Positions 18,364-28,252 are shown, numbered from the stretch's first letter. The stretch is 64,000 nucleotides of DNA from an archaeon (GCA_018694115.1 JABHNB010000007.1:1700-65699); one strand, 5' to 3'. Notes: generated by a model not told the origin, from the sequence alone. A program made the numbers and translations.

Positions 18364-19017
18364 CTAAGCTTTAAGAACCGTATCAATTCTCTTTTTTGAA
18401 ATTTGATAAACCTCGTCGTGAATTTCTTCAACACTTTTAGAGCCATCAACTAGCACACAAACATCAGAATCCCTTTTAGCAATTTGTTTATATCCTTCTC
18501 TCACTCTTTTGTGATAATCTATAGCTCGTGCTTCAATTTTATCTTGAATTTCAGAAGCTCCCCTGGCCCGCCTCACTCCTTCCTCAGAGTCAATATCAAA
18601 AATTATTGCCAAATCAAGTTTCGCCCCAGAAGCAGCTAACAGATTGATATAATTAATATCCCTCCCATTCACATTCCCTCCCGCGCCCTGATATGCCTCA
18701 GTTGAATAAAAATTTCGATCAGATAAAACTAGCTTTCCCTCGCTTAGGGCAGGAGCAACAACGGTTTGGATCGAATACCTTCGAGAAGCCGAAAATAGAA
18801 ATAATTCCGTAACCGCATCCAGGTCTTCATGGGCACTGTCTAATAAAAGTTCCCTAATCTTATTCCCAAATAAGGTACCTCCAGGCTCACGGATTCTCAA
18901 AACATCAAACTCCTTTCTAAGTGCCTCCTCCAATAAATTACATTGGGTGGATTTTCCACAGCCATCAGGACCCTCCATCACCAAATAAAAACCTCCAGGA
19001 ATTATTGTGTTCACCAT
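18364..19017 (-). CDS. tmk: Thymidylate kinase
   Basis: MEGPDGCGKSTQ, REPGGT, ELFLFSASR, LSDRNFYST. Confidence 0.95.
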   Translation of the reverse strand: MVNTIIPGGFYLVMEGPDGCGKSTQCNLLEEALRKEFDVLRIREPGGTLFGNKIRELLLDSAHEDLDAVTELFLFSASRRYSIQTVVAPALSEGKLVLSDRNFYSTEAYQGAGGNVNGRDINYINLLAASGAKLDLAIIFDIDSEEGVRRARGASEIQDKIEARAIDYHKRVREGYKQIAKRDSDVCVLVDGSKSVEEIHDEVYQISKKRIDTVLKA

Positions 19018-19071
19018 ACCTAAAAAAAAAGATCCAGACTTTATAAAAAAATATGAGCTCTAAGATATATA

Positions 19072-19911
19072 TCACAAGCATTCAAAAATTTTGCAAGCAT
19101 TACAAATTTTTCCAGTCGAGGGTTCGCCACAACCTTCACAGATCACCAACTCTCGATTTTGCTGCTTCTTCAATTTGGGAATAATTTTCTGAAAATTCTC
19201 AACAATTTTCTTTTTTGCACCATCTGTTAATCCTAATGAATCCATCCAAGCCCGAGTATCAACCCTATAGGTTCCAAATGCGCAAGGACATCTTTCATAC
19301 ATTATCTCAAATTTTTTCGCTTCAGCATATTTCCTTATCTCCCCTTCTGGAACAAAAAACAGGGGCTTAACTCTCTGAACAAATTTGCCATGATTTCCAT
19401 TAGAATCTTTATTAATTTCTCCCCCTGTAGCTGGCGAGGAATTCGCTCCAAGGATAACATTTCCCTTCAAAAAGTTCATCAAAACATTTTGAGTCTCATC
19501 GTCAAGGTTATGTCCCGTTACCAAAACATCTCCCTTCAACTTCCGAGCCCACTTATTCAAAATCCATCTCTTAACAGTTCCACAAACTGAACATCCGGTC
19601 AATCCTTTCTTCTGTTTAAGCACAGCCTTGATAAAACAGATCCCCTGCCCAAGTTCCTTCTTCAAATCAACAATCATTAATGGCACCCCAATTCCATCAC
19701 AAAACTTCTTCATATTTCTCTTATGAATCTCAGACCATTCTCCAAGATAAAGATCAATCATCAGCCCTTCAACATTATATCCCAATTTGTTAAGTATATA
19801 TAACACAGAAGTAGAATCCTTTCCACCAGAGAGAGCTACAACTACCTTATCCTTCTTTTTAATCAGTTTATATTTCTTAATTGTCTCAGCAATCTTCTTC
19901 TCCATATCCAT
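19072..19911 (-). CDS. TtcA/Ctu1/NcsA-family tRNA thiolation protein (PP-loop)
   Basis: ALSGGKDS, CSVCG, TGHNLDDE, C-terminal CEGC..CNAC. Confidence 0.85.
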   Translation of the reverse strand: MDMEKKIAETIKKYKLIKKKDKVVVALSGGKDSTSVLYILNKLGYNVEGLMIDLYLGEWSEIHKRNMKKFCDGIGVPLMIVDLKKELGQGICFIKAVLKQKKGLTGCSVCGTVKRWILNKWARKLKGDVLVTGHNLDDETQNVLMNFLKGNVILGANSSPATGGEINKDSNGNHGKFVQRVKPLFFVPEGEIRKYAEAKKFEIMYERCPCAFGTYRVDTRAWMDSLGLTDGAKKKIVENFQKIIPKLKKQQNRELVICEGCGEPSTGKICNACKIFECL

Positions 19912-19997
19912 AAGGCAAGAAAGGAAAATTAGTTTTTAAGCTTGAAGGTTAACGCCCTTCCCAAAACATTTATAAAGAATTCATTTCACAATATTAT

Positions 19998-20942
19998 ATG
20001 GCAAAGAAAAAGAGCTGTAAGGCATTCTGTAAAAAAGTAGTTTCTAGTTGTCAAAAGAATTATTGGATCGTAGCAACAATTGTTCTAGCAGTATTATTAG
20101 TCTTATCATATTCATTAACTAGCTCGGGTATCGGCGCTAGTGCGGCAGGAGAAAAAGTTCTTGCATTTGCAAATGACCAGGGTGCGGAAGCAGAGTTAAT
20201 TGAGGTTACAGAAGCAGACGGACTATACCAAGTAGTTCTACAAATTCAAGATCAACCAGTTCCAGTATATGTTACAAAAGATGGGAAAAATTTGATTCCA
20301 AGTCTAATCCCTCTTGATGCTACACAAACTGCACCGTCAACACCGCAGCAACCTACACCTACAAATGTTCCTAAATCTGATAAACCTAAGGTAGAATTAT
20401 TCGTTATGACTCACTGCCCTTACGGAACACAGGCAGAAAAAGGTTACTTACCAACAATTCAGGCATTAGGAGATAAGATTGATTCCTCCATAAAATTCGT
20501 TCACTATTTCCTACACGAGCCAGAAAACGCAGAGACTCCGATCCAGATTTGTATAAGAGAAGAACAACCAGACAAATTAATGAAATACTTATTAGAATTC
20601 CTTAAGGACGGAAATTCCAACGCTGCAATAACTGCTGCAGGAGTAGATAAAGCAAAGCTTGATACATGTATCTCCAGCGGAAAGGCAGATGAATATTATG
20701 CAACAGACTCAGCACTAAGCGAAGGATACGGAGTTAGAGGCTCCCCAACACTTGTAGTAAATGGAGTAATCGCAAATAGTGGAAGAAGCTCAGCAGCATA
20801 CCTTGACTCAATCTGTTCAGCATTCACTGAAGGTTCTAAACCTGCAGAATGTGACTCTTTAAGCCTAGACAGTGCAAGCCCAAGTCCAGGATTTGGTTAC
20901 GGCGCTTCCTCTGGAGCAGCATCCGCAAGTGCACAATGCTAA
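19998..20942 (+). CDS. Membrane-anchored thioredoxin/DsbA-fold protein
   Basis: N-terminal TM segment, FVMTHCPYG, GVRGSPTLVVNG. Confidence 0.7.
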   Translation: MAKKKSCKAFCKKVVSSCQKNYWIVATIVLAVLLVLSYSLTSSGIGASAAGEKVLAFANDQGAEAELIEVTEADGLYQVVLQIQDQPVPVYVTKDGKNLIPSLIPLDATQTAPSTPQQPTPTNVPKSDKPKVELFVMTHCPYGTQAEKGYLPTIQALGDKIDSSIKFVHYFLHEPENAETPIQICIREEQPDKLMKYLLEFLKDGNSNAAITAAGVDKAKLDTCISSGKADEYYATDSALSEGYGVRGSPTLVVNGVIANSGRSSAAYLDSICSAFTEGSKPAECDSLSLDSASPSPGFGYGASSGAASASAQC

Positions 20943-20943
20943 A

Positions 20944-21399
20944 ATGAAAATTTCTGAAATAACCCCAGGCCAAGGAAACATTGACATTACAGCTGAAGTT
21001 GTTTCTATTGATGAACCAAGACAATTTGAGAAGTATGGTAGGCAACTAAGAGTAACTAATGCTACAATCAAAGATGACACTGGAGAAATCAAACTTACTC
21101 TTTGGAATGATGATATAGACAAAATCAAGCCAAACCAAACAGTCCATATATCTGGAGGCTATTGTAACGAATTCCAAGGCAATAAGCAGCTTACAACGGG
21201 TAAGATGGGCAAGCTTGAAGTTCTAGGTGGAGAAGCTCCCGCAGAACCAGTTGAAGTACCTACAGAAACAGCTCCAGAGGCTCCTGTAGAAGTTCCAGCA
21301 GAAGAGCCAGAAGTAGAAGAGACTTCACCAATACCTGAGGAAGTAATCCCCGAAGAAACAGTAACGCCTAAAGAAACTTCAGAAGAAAATTTAATCTAA
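20944..21399 (+). CDS. Single OB-fold ssDNA-binding protein (RPA/SSB) with acidic Pro/Glu tail
   Basis: MKISEITPGQGNIDI..ATIKDDTGEIKLTLWND..GYCNEFQGNKQL. Start at 20944. Confidence 0.88.
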   Translation: MKISEITPGQGNIDITAEVVSIDEPRQFEKYGRQLRVTNATIKDDTGEIKLTLWNDDIDKIKPNQTVHISGGYCNEFQGNKQLTTGKMGKLEVLGGEAPAEPVEVPTETAPEAPVEVPAEEPEVEETSPIPEEVIPEETVTPKETSEENLI

Positions 21400-21432
21400 A
21401 CAGTATCTCAATAATTAGTTATCAGCCAATAA

Positions 21433-22635
21433 TCATGCAGTCAGAGGTTTATCCAAATAAGCAATCTCATCATTGCTTAACTTCAGTTCAGTCCGAATCT
21501 CAGAACCAACAAGAATCTGTTTCAATAACATAAAATCTTTCATTGCAGTTTTAGTAGAGATATGACAATGCTTAGCATATTTTTGGCAAATAGTTTTCTT
21601 CTTAGCTGCTCGCTGGTTTTGCAACCAAATTTTCAAAATTCTAGAAGGTTTCTTGTACCCCGTCCAACCAGTTCGATTATACTTCTTTGAAGCTGCAATA
21701 CCTGCCCCCAATAAAAAATACTCATAAACCATAAATCTCCAATGTCTTTGTCTACGAATTCTCCCACGAAAAACATCTGCCAAACTTAACGCATCATAGG
21801 CCTTAGCTAGCTCTGCACCCTTGTACTCCAGCGGAATATTCTCCTCAATCCAAAGAAAAATATCATCAATGGGCATATTGACCTCATCATAAACTCGGAT
21901 CATTTCGGAATCAATCCGCGCATTCTTAAAGACAAACTGTAATGCCGTAAAAATAGATTGCTCCCGATTCCTTTCTCCAACCTCCTTAACTAACTCCGGA
22001 GATTCCATCTTAGACAAAAGCTGTAAATCATTTAGGGCAGCCCGAATATCTCCCCTTGCCTTAATAGCAATAGAGGTCAAAACTTCTGAAGAAACAACAC
22101 AATTCTCCTTCTCACAAACACCCTTCAAAACATCAAGAACGATCCGGTAATCTACTTCCTTCAATTGGACAAGTTCAGTCTTCCTTCTCAATAAATTAAA
22201 TTTCCTTTGCCAAATATCATTCGCAGTAACAACAATAGGAAAAGCACTCTTCTCAATTAGTCCCAATAACTCTCCAAGCCCTCCCCGATCCTTAGTTGCA
22301 GAAACACCATCAACCTCGTCGATAAGAATGATTTTATTCTTCTTAAACAAACTTCTCTGTTGAGATGCAGGACCAATAATTTCGGAAATCTTCGCCTTAT
22401 TTCTCAAATCAGAAGCATTAAGTTCCAAAATCTCAGCATCCATCTCAAATGCAATCGCATAAGCCAATGAAGTCTTTCCAGTTCCCGGAGTTCCATGTAA
22501 AACAACCGCCTTCTTTTTTGGAAAACTCTTCAAAAAAGTCTTAACCTTATCAATAGCAAGTTCCTGACCTTTCACATCAGCAAAACATCCTGCCCGATAC
22601 TTCTCGCACCAAGGTACATTCTCAACAGATATCAT
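21433..22635 (-). CDS. rfcL: Replication factor C large subunit
   Basis: PWCEKYR, HGTPGTGKT, LELNASD, IDEVDG, GDIRAALNDLQ. Confidence 0.93.
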   Translation of the reverse strand: MISVENVPWCEKYRAGCFADVKGQELAIDKVKTFLKSFPKKKAVVLHGTPGTGKTSLAYAIAFEMDAEILELNASDLRNKAKISEIIGPASQQRSLFKKNKIILIDEVDGVSATKDRGGLGELLGLIEKSAFPIVVTANDIWQRKFNLLRRKTELVQLKEVDYRIVLDVLKGVCEKENCVVSSEVLTSIAIKARGDIRAALNDLQLLSKMESPELVKEVGERNREQSIFTALQFVFKNARIDSEMIRVYDEVNMPIDDIFLWIEENIPLEYKGAELAKAYDALSLADVFRGRIRRQRHWRFMVYEYFLLGAGIAASKKYNRTGWTGYKKPSRILKIWLQNQRAAKKKTICQKYAKHCHISTKTAMKDFMLLKQILVGSEIRTELKLSNDEIAYLDKPLTA

Positions 22636-23312
22636 TCTTTAAATGGATCGTAGCCACTCGCTTTTAGATTTTCAATAGGAGTAAACAACGGATTAGGCAA
22701 ATACTTCCAATCAAACCAATCCCACCTTAAACATTTTTTTGGTTCCTTTATTTCTGGCTCTCCACTAAGATGATCTGCCAAAACATAGGTAGTGACGTAA
22801 TGCTTATTTTCCCTAGGGAAGAAGTCGTTGGTGGCAGGACAAAGTTTATCATAAACTCGGATGTTCTGATGGGTAAATCCTGTCTCCTCAAGAGCTTCTC
22901 TCAAGGTACATCCGCAAAAGCTCTCGCCACCCTCTAAATGTCCACCCGGAAGAGACCAAGTCCTAGCACCATGAGAACCAATCCTTTCGCCCATTAGAAC
23001 TTCCCTACCATTCCTACGAATAATTAATCCGACACCAACCTTCGGATCCCCGTATGAAGCTCCAAAATCTTCGATTAATTTCCTCGCCCTAGGACGAACA
23101 TAGCACAAACCAAATGGAAGAGAAACGACTTGTTCCCTTACCCCTTCCTCAGAAAAAGGTGATGAAAGAAGAATTGTATCCTTTGAACGATCAAATTGCC
23201 CCGTCTGTAAATTACCATGCATAATTGTGGTTGTATCTCCACCACCCACGCTTCCCCTCAAAGCAACACTATAATCATCATAAAAACCCTTAAACTTCCT
23301 TACCCCAAACAT
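22632..23312 (-). CDS. Nudix hydrolase (NUDT15/MTH2-like) with N-terminal extension
   Basis: KVGVG..GSHGARTWSLPGGHLEGGESF..REALEETG Nudix box, EPKKCLRWDWF. Confidence 0.85.
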   Translation of the reverse strand: MFGVRKFKGFYDDYSVALRGSVGGGDTTTIMHGNLQTGQFDRSKDTILLSSPFSEEGVREQVVSLPFGLCYVRPRARKLIEDFGASYGDPKVGVGLIIRRNGREVLMGERIGSHGARTWSLPGGHLEGGESFCGCTLREALEETGFTHQNIRVYDKLCPATNDFFPRENKHYVTTYVLADHLSGEPEIKEPKKCLRWDWFDWKYLPNPLFTPIENLKASGYDPFKE

Positions 23313-23315
23313 CGT

Positions 23316-24320
23316 TTATACGCCCCCCACAACACCTGCACCTTCTCTTACCTGGTTCTCTCCTGCCAAAACAAAACTTGCAATTAGAGCTTCCAGCTGA
23401 ATAAACTCATCACTCCCTTCAACAAGTCTAAATTCCGCCTCACCAGTTTTCTCGGTCAATGCAACCTTTAAAGAATTATCAATAGGCAAGTTCCAAACCT
23501 CTTTCTGAATTGCCTTGATAACATCTTGACCAGAAATGGATTCTTTCAACATGATATCTAAAAGCTTCTCACGAGAATTCTGAAAATCGCCAGACAATGC
23601 ATAATCTAAAACAACCTTAATATCTGATGGCTTTGCCTTTGAAACAATCGTATTAATCAAATCTGGAGTGATATTAGGACTAATTGATGAAGTAGCCTGT
23701 AAAAGGTTAATAACTCGTCGACAATCGCCCTCAGAAGCCTCATATAGTGCATCAAATGCCTCTGCAGTAATACTCAACCCCTCAGTCTCAGCAATCAGAT
23801 CTATTCTCTTCTTAATATCCTTCTTTTCAAGTAATTGGAATCTAAAAACAACACATCTAGATTGAATCGGGTCAAGAATCTTTGAAGAATAATTACATGA
23901 CATAACAAATCTACAAGTTGAAGTATAATTTTCCATTGTTCTTCTAAGGGCTTGCTGAGCTTCCCGAGTCAATGCATCTGCCTCATCTAAAAAGATAACC
24001 TTAAACGGAACATTTCCGATCGCCTTAGTCCTAGCAAAATCCTTAACCTTCTGTCTAACAACATCAATTCCTCGTTCATCAGAAGCATTCAACTCAAGAT
24101 AATTATCTCTCCAAGATTCTCCAAATAATTGCTTGACAACAATCAAAGCAAGAGTAGATTTTCCAGTTCCTGCAGGTCCAGCGAAGAGCAAATGGGGAAT
24201 ATTCATAGAATTCGTAAGAGATTTAACTCGCTTTAGAATTTCCTCCTGTCCCACCATATCCTCAAATTTCTTAGGCCGATACTTCTCAGTCCACACCTCT
24301 GAATTAAATTGATCGCTCAT
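23316..24320 (-). CDS. rfcS: Replication factor C small subunit
   Basis: WTEKYRP, AGPAGTGKST, LELNASDERGIDVVR, LDEADALT, IQSRC. Confidence 0.97.
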   Translation of the reverse strand: MSDQFNSEVWTEKYRPKKFEDMVGQEEILKRVKSLTNSMNIPHLLFAGPAGTGKSTLALIVVKQLFGESWRDNYLELNASDERGIDVVRQKVKDFARTKAIGNVPFKVIFLDEADALTREAQQALRRTMENYTSTCRFVMSCNYSSKILDPIQSRCVVFRFQLLEKKDIKKRIDLIAETEGLSITAEAFDALYEASEGDCRRVINLLQATSSISPNITPDLINTIVSKAKPSDIKVVLDYALSGDFQNSREKLLDIMLKESISGQDVIKAIQKEVWNLPIDNSLKVALTEKTGEAEFRLVEGSDEFIQLEALIASFVLAGENQVREGAGVVGGV

Positions 24321-24380
24321 CCCATATCACATTTAATTTGCTTTATAAGGATTATTGTAGTTAACTATCTAAGAACGAGA

Positions 24381-24491
24381 CTATCTACTTCGTTTCAACT
24401 TTCTTTTCCGCTTTTCCTTCTTAAGTCTCTTACGTTGCCATTTCCATCTCATTTGGCCTTTCTTTTTCCATCTTCTTGAACTTCTTTTCAT
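24381..24491 (-). CDS. rpl41e: Ribosomal protein eL41 (36 aa; not in the ORF track)
   Basis: MKRSSRRWKKKGQMRWKWQRKRLKKEKRKRKLKRSR*, the archaeal L41e-type MRWKW motif. Confidence 0.88.
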   Translation of the reverse strand: MKRSSRRWKKKGQMRWKWQRKRLKKEKRKRKLKRSR

Positions 24492-24597
24492 GTTAACTTA
24501 TCTAAATTTTGCTTTATAAAGTTTCCGCAGAGAATTTATACGTGAAAATGGTCAAAAACCTTTTAAAGGATTTTTATCCTTGTGTATATATCAATTC

Positions 24598-24670
24598 AGC
24601 CCCTTAGTCTAGTGGTCAAGGATGCAAGGTTCTGGGCCTTGCGACCCAGGTTCGAATCCTGGAGGGGCTA
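24598..24670 (+). tRNA. tRNA-Gln(CUG)
   Basis: AGCCCCT..CAAGG TT-CTG-GG CCTTG..CCAGG TTCGAAT CCTGG AGGGGCT A. Confidence 0.93.
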
Positions 24671-24674
24671 TTTA

Positions 24675-25532
24675 CTATTTTTTCTTAAATTCCCCAAGGA
24701 CTTGTTTTTTGAGTTCCTTAGCTAACGCTGCATCTTGAGTAACAACGACACGAATATCAGATTTCTTCTCCAAAACATCCGTTAGAATTCCCATTACATC
24801 TTTTTTCCCAAGTAATTTCTTCATTTCCTTTTTTAGATCTTCTGGAATAAATATCTGGATGAAATAATTTCCAAAGACTAAGGTATCACATACAAAATTA
24901 TTTTTAACAAATTTATAGTTAACATTTAATTTTTTATAAAAATCCTGGCACATTTTTTCAATAACTGAGTTTCCCGAACAAATGAAATAAAATTTATGCC
25001 CCCTTTTCATTAATCTTTTGTAGTAGTTATATTCTGACCGAAGATAATAAATTGGGCGCCATTCATAATTAAGACTAAAACAAATCTTATCCCCCTTAGT
25101 CTTAAACAGTTCGGTTTTCATGAAATAATAAAGATATTTCTCAGTATCAAAAATTGTCTCAAAATTTAAAATCAATAAATCCTTTACTTGTTTAGAGTTT
25201 TTTATCCCAGACAATTGATGCATTTTATTCTGGGCATAATAATTTGTCTCTACGACATCAGTAAACGATTGCAATTTTTTAACCCAATCAACATTGATCT
25301 CATATTTTTTTTCTTTCCTAACTAAGACCTTTTTTGTTTGCAACTCGTTGACGGCCTTGAAAACGGCCTGATAACTAGAACTATAATGATAATTTTTCTT
25401 CAGAGCAAAGAAAATCTGTTTAAGTGAAAGTGGCCACTCCGAGACGAGAATACTTACAATTGCATCCTTAGTATTTTTTGCTTTATTTCCCAGATCAGGA
25501 ACTACTAAATCGAAAACCATTTCATCAAACAA
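24675..25532 (-). CDS. Hypothetical protein with N-terminal winged-helix-like region (putative regulator)
   Basis: TKDAIVSILVSEWPLSLKQIF..SYQAVFKAVNEL..KVLVRKEKKYEIN resembles a wHTH; divergent from a radical SAM gene. Start uncertain. Confidence 0.5.
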   Translation of the reverse strand: MFDEMVFDLVVPDLGNKAKNTKDAIVSILVSEWPLSLKQIFFALKKNYHYSSSYQAVFKAVNELQTKKVLVRKEKKYEINVDWVKKLQSFTDVVETNYYAQNKMHQLSGIKNSKQVKDLLILNFETIFDTEKYLYYFMKTELFKTKGDKICFSLNYEWRPIYYLRSEYNYYKRLMKRGHKFYFICSGNSVIEKMCQDFYKKLNVNYKFVKNNFVCDTLVFGNYFIQIFIPEDLKKEMKKLLGKKDVMGILTDVLEKKSDIRVVVTQDAALAKELKKQVLGEFKKK

Positions 25533-25624
25533 TCAATTAGAATTATAAACTTTTTGGTTTATATTTTATTAAACATTATCTTAATTAATTCTTTTTGGGA
25601 AGTAATAATATTAAGAGGTGAAAA

Positions 25625-26494
25625 ATGAGATTTCCTTGGAATAAATATGAAGAACAAAAATTAGAGAGAAGAAATACACTCCAGATGTTTATCACAAATG
25701 ATTGTGATCTAAGATGTAGGGGCTGTTTTGCACGAAATATAATTGGTGAAGATAAGAAGAATATGAGTTTAGAAGAATATCTTAAGACGATAGAAATATT
25801 CTTGAAAAAGGGAGGGAAACAAATTAACCTTCTTGGAGGAGAACCGCTTTTGCATCCTGAACTAAAGGGGATGATTGGAATAAACCGTAAAAGGGGACTT
25901 AAAACAACAATCTACACTAATGGATCTTTTTTAGGGAGATACGTCCCCACAGACTTTACTGATGCAAAATTAAGAGTTTCCCTTTATTGTAAATCCGGGG
26001 CCGCAAAAAGTGCCGAAAGCCTCCCCACTACGGGCATTCCTTTTGATGCAAATTTTATGGTTTCAGGGAATACTGATCTTGGAGAATTACTCGGATCTGC
26101 AGAATATGTTGAAAAAAATCATGGATGCAAGACCTTCTTTATATCAAGTATTCGGGAGCTAGATAACCCAAGGAAAGAATTTTTCGATGATACCGAAATT
26201 ACGATGCCAGTTTTGAAATATAAGGAGTTGGTTCATCAATTTTTAGAAGAATACACGGGGGACATGGCAATTCATGTCTCAAAAAGAGGAGTTTTTGAGA
26301 GTACGACAACTGCTGCAGATAATAAATGTAGATTTTCAAATTATTTTATCGGAGGGAAAATTATTCAGTGCCCCTATGATGTGGTTAACTTGAAATTCCA
26401 ACCAGATTATGATTTTGGAGAAAGACATTGCCAACAAAACAACTCTTGTTTGATGAGCAAAATAATTTTAAAACCAAAACAGAAGTATTCTTAG
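25625..26494 (+). CDS. Radical SAM protein, substrate unknown
   Basis: ITNDCDLRCRGCF (CxxxCxxC), LLGGEPLLHP, IYTNGS; four additional C-terminal Cys. Confidence 0.85.
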   Translation: MRFPWNKYEEQKLERRNTLQMFITNDCDLRCRGCFARNIIGEDKKNMSLEEYLKTIEIFLKKGGKQINLLGGEPLLHPELKGMIGINRKRGLKTTIYTNGSFLGRYVPTDFTDAKLRVSLYCKSGAAKSAESLPTTGIPFDANFMVSGNTDLGELLGSAEYVEKNHGCKTFFISSIRELDNPRKEFFDDTEITMPVLKYKELVHQFLEEYTGDMAIHVSKRGVFESTTTAADNKCRFSNYFIGGKIIQCPYDVVNLKFQPDYDFGERHCQQNNSCLMSKIILKPKQKYS

Positions 26495-26528
26495 CAAAAA
26501 CTTATAACTAAAGATCCAATATAGTATT

Positions 26529-27047
26529 ATGGCAATTCAGTCAGCATTGATCTCGAATAGGGTAACATCAAACTCAGCGGAAGCTCAAAATCTTTTTGCA
26601 TCTCAAAGATTCGGAGAAAAATTGGGAGAAAAAATTCTCTATTCATTGCCAGAAACCCTATTCCTAGTACAAAAAAAGAAAATGGAAGTCACAGATTTCC
26701 GGGGCAAAAAGATCCCCCAGAAAGAACTCTTAAAAAAATTCCAAAGAATTGATAAAAAATTCAAAACAAAATATCTTGTCTTCAAAGATCTAAGAAAAAG
26801 GGGCTATATTGTAAAAACCGCACTAAAGTTCGGAGCAGAGTTCAGAGTCTATGAACCTGGCAAATCAATCGGAAAAGATCACGCTAAGTGGATCCTCTTC
26901 CCAGTTTCAGAAAGTCAGACAATGACCTGGCAAGATTTCTCCGCAAAGAACAGAGTCGCCCACAGTACAAAAAAGAATCTTCTAATCGCAATCGTAGATG
27001 ATGAAGGCGATGTAATCTATTATGAAGTAGGTTGGAAGAAGTTATAA
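26529..27047 (+). CDS. endA: tRNA-splicing endonuclease
   Basis: KYLVFKDLRKRGYIVKTALKFGAEFRVY, DHAKW, RVAHSTKK, IVDDEGDVIYYEVGW. Confidence 0.93.
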   Translation: MAIQSALISNRVTSNSAEAQNLFASQRFGEKLGEKILYSLPETLFLVQKKKMEVTDFRGKKIPQKELLKKFQRIDKKFKTKYLVFKDLRKRGYIVKTALKFGAEFRVYEPGKSIGKDHAKWILFPVSESQTMTWQDFSAKNRVAHSTKKNLLIAIVDDEGDVIYYEVGWKKL

Positions 27048-27092
27048 CAACAGAATATAAATTTATAAAAAGGAGGAAAATCTTTATTGGAT

Positions 27093-27242
27093 ATGGAAAA
27101 TAGTTATGATATTCCAGAAAGATTCAAAAGTGTGACAGAACCACGCCCTGGTTCAATTCTCTCAGAAAGATTTGTTAGTATAACCGAATCAAAACCTATT
27201 TCCCAGAAAGACAATAGATACTACCCTTCACGAATACAATAA
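27093..27242 (+). CDS. Putative small protein (49 aa)
   Basis: MENSYDIPERFKSVTEPRPGSILSERFVSITESKPISQKDNRYYPSRIQ*; TTTATAAA about 25 bp upstream; fills the intergenic gap. Confidence 0.4.
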   Translation: MENSYDIPERFKSVTEPRPGSILSERFVSITESKPISQKDNRYYPSRIQ

Positions 27243-27273
27243 TCTTTATAATCTCAATCAAACTTCTAAAAAC

Positions 27274-28206
27274 ATGATAAATGTCGAAGATGTAAAAGAA
27301 AAAATTATCAAATTTCTTGAGACAAATGGTCCGTCTCTTCCAGTCAGAATAGCAAAATCAATAGATATGACCCCAATGTTCGCATCAGCAATTATTTCAG
27401 AACTATTAAGTACAAAAAGAGTGATCACAAGTAACATAAGAATCGGAGCTTCTCCCCTCTATCTATTACCTGGACAAGAACAAAAATTAGAAGAACATAC
27501 AGATAATTTGAAATCAGTTGAAAAAGAGGCATTCCTAAAACTCCAAAAAGAAAAAGTCCTAACAGATGAAATTCAATCCCCCGCAATCAGAGTAGCCCTA
27601 AGGAATATCAAGGATTTCGCCGCCCCATTCAAATTCGATGAAAAAATCATTTGGAGATATATCTTCACACCCAAAGAAGAAATTGAAGCAATATTGTCTC
27701 CAAAAAAAGAGCCCGGGAAGTTAATCAAAAAGGAACCAGTAAAGGTTGGAATAACTCAAAAGAAAGAAGAAATAGTTAAGAAAAGGCCTGAAATCCTACG
27801 AATAACCCCGACAAAACCAGAACCAAAAAAAGAAGAACCAAAAAAAGTTGAAAACATCTTTGAAGAAAAACAAATCCCTGTCAAAAAACCTGCAGAACAA
27901 ATATCAACAAAAACATTTCTAAAGGAAGTAGAAGAATTCTTAGAGACACAAAACACGAAGATAATATCAATTGAAGAAGTAAACAAGAAAAACGTAATTG
28001 CAAGGATTGAATCTCCATCACAATCCGCCATGCTATTTGCATTCAAGAAGAAAAGAATTAATGAATTAGAGCTAATGAAATGTTACAAAAAAGCAAAAGA
28101 GTCAAATCTCCCCTATCATATCATCATCCAAGGAGATCTAACAAGAAAAATGAACGAAACTATTGATGCATACAAGAAACTTGCAAAAGTTGACAAGTTA
28201 GACTAA
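27274..28206 (+). CDS. Hypothetical protein (two globular regions joined by a Lys/Pro/Glu linker)
   Basis: 310-aa ORF with typical codon usage; N-terminus resembles an HTH (IIKFLETNGPSLPVRIAK). Confidence 0.55.
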   Translation: MINVEDVKEKIIKFLETNGPSLPVRIAKSIDMTPMFASAIISELLSTKRVITSNIRIGASPLYLLPGQEQKLEEHTDNLKSVEKEAFLKLQKEKVLTDEIQSPAIRVALRNIKDFAAPFKFDEKIIWRYIFTPKEEIEAILSPKKEPGKLIKKEPVKVGITQKKEEIVKKRPEILRITPTKPEPKKEEPKKVENIFEEKQIPVKKPAEQISTKTFLKEVEEFLETQNTKIISIEEVNKKNVIARIESPSQSAMLFAFKKKRINELELMKCYKKAKESNLPYHIIIQGDLTRKMNETIDAYKKLAKVDKLD

Positions 28207-28252
28207 ATTGACAACCATAATCCTTTTAAACCCAAAACCTCACACCTATGAT

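Noticed and set aside
19998-20942. Thioredoxin-fold protein as the reductant for NrdD
   Set aside because: It has an N-terminal membrane anchor and a single-Cys THCPYG motif, and looks extracytoplasmic.
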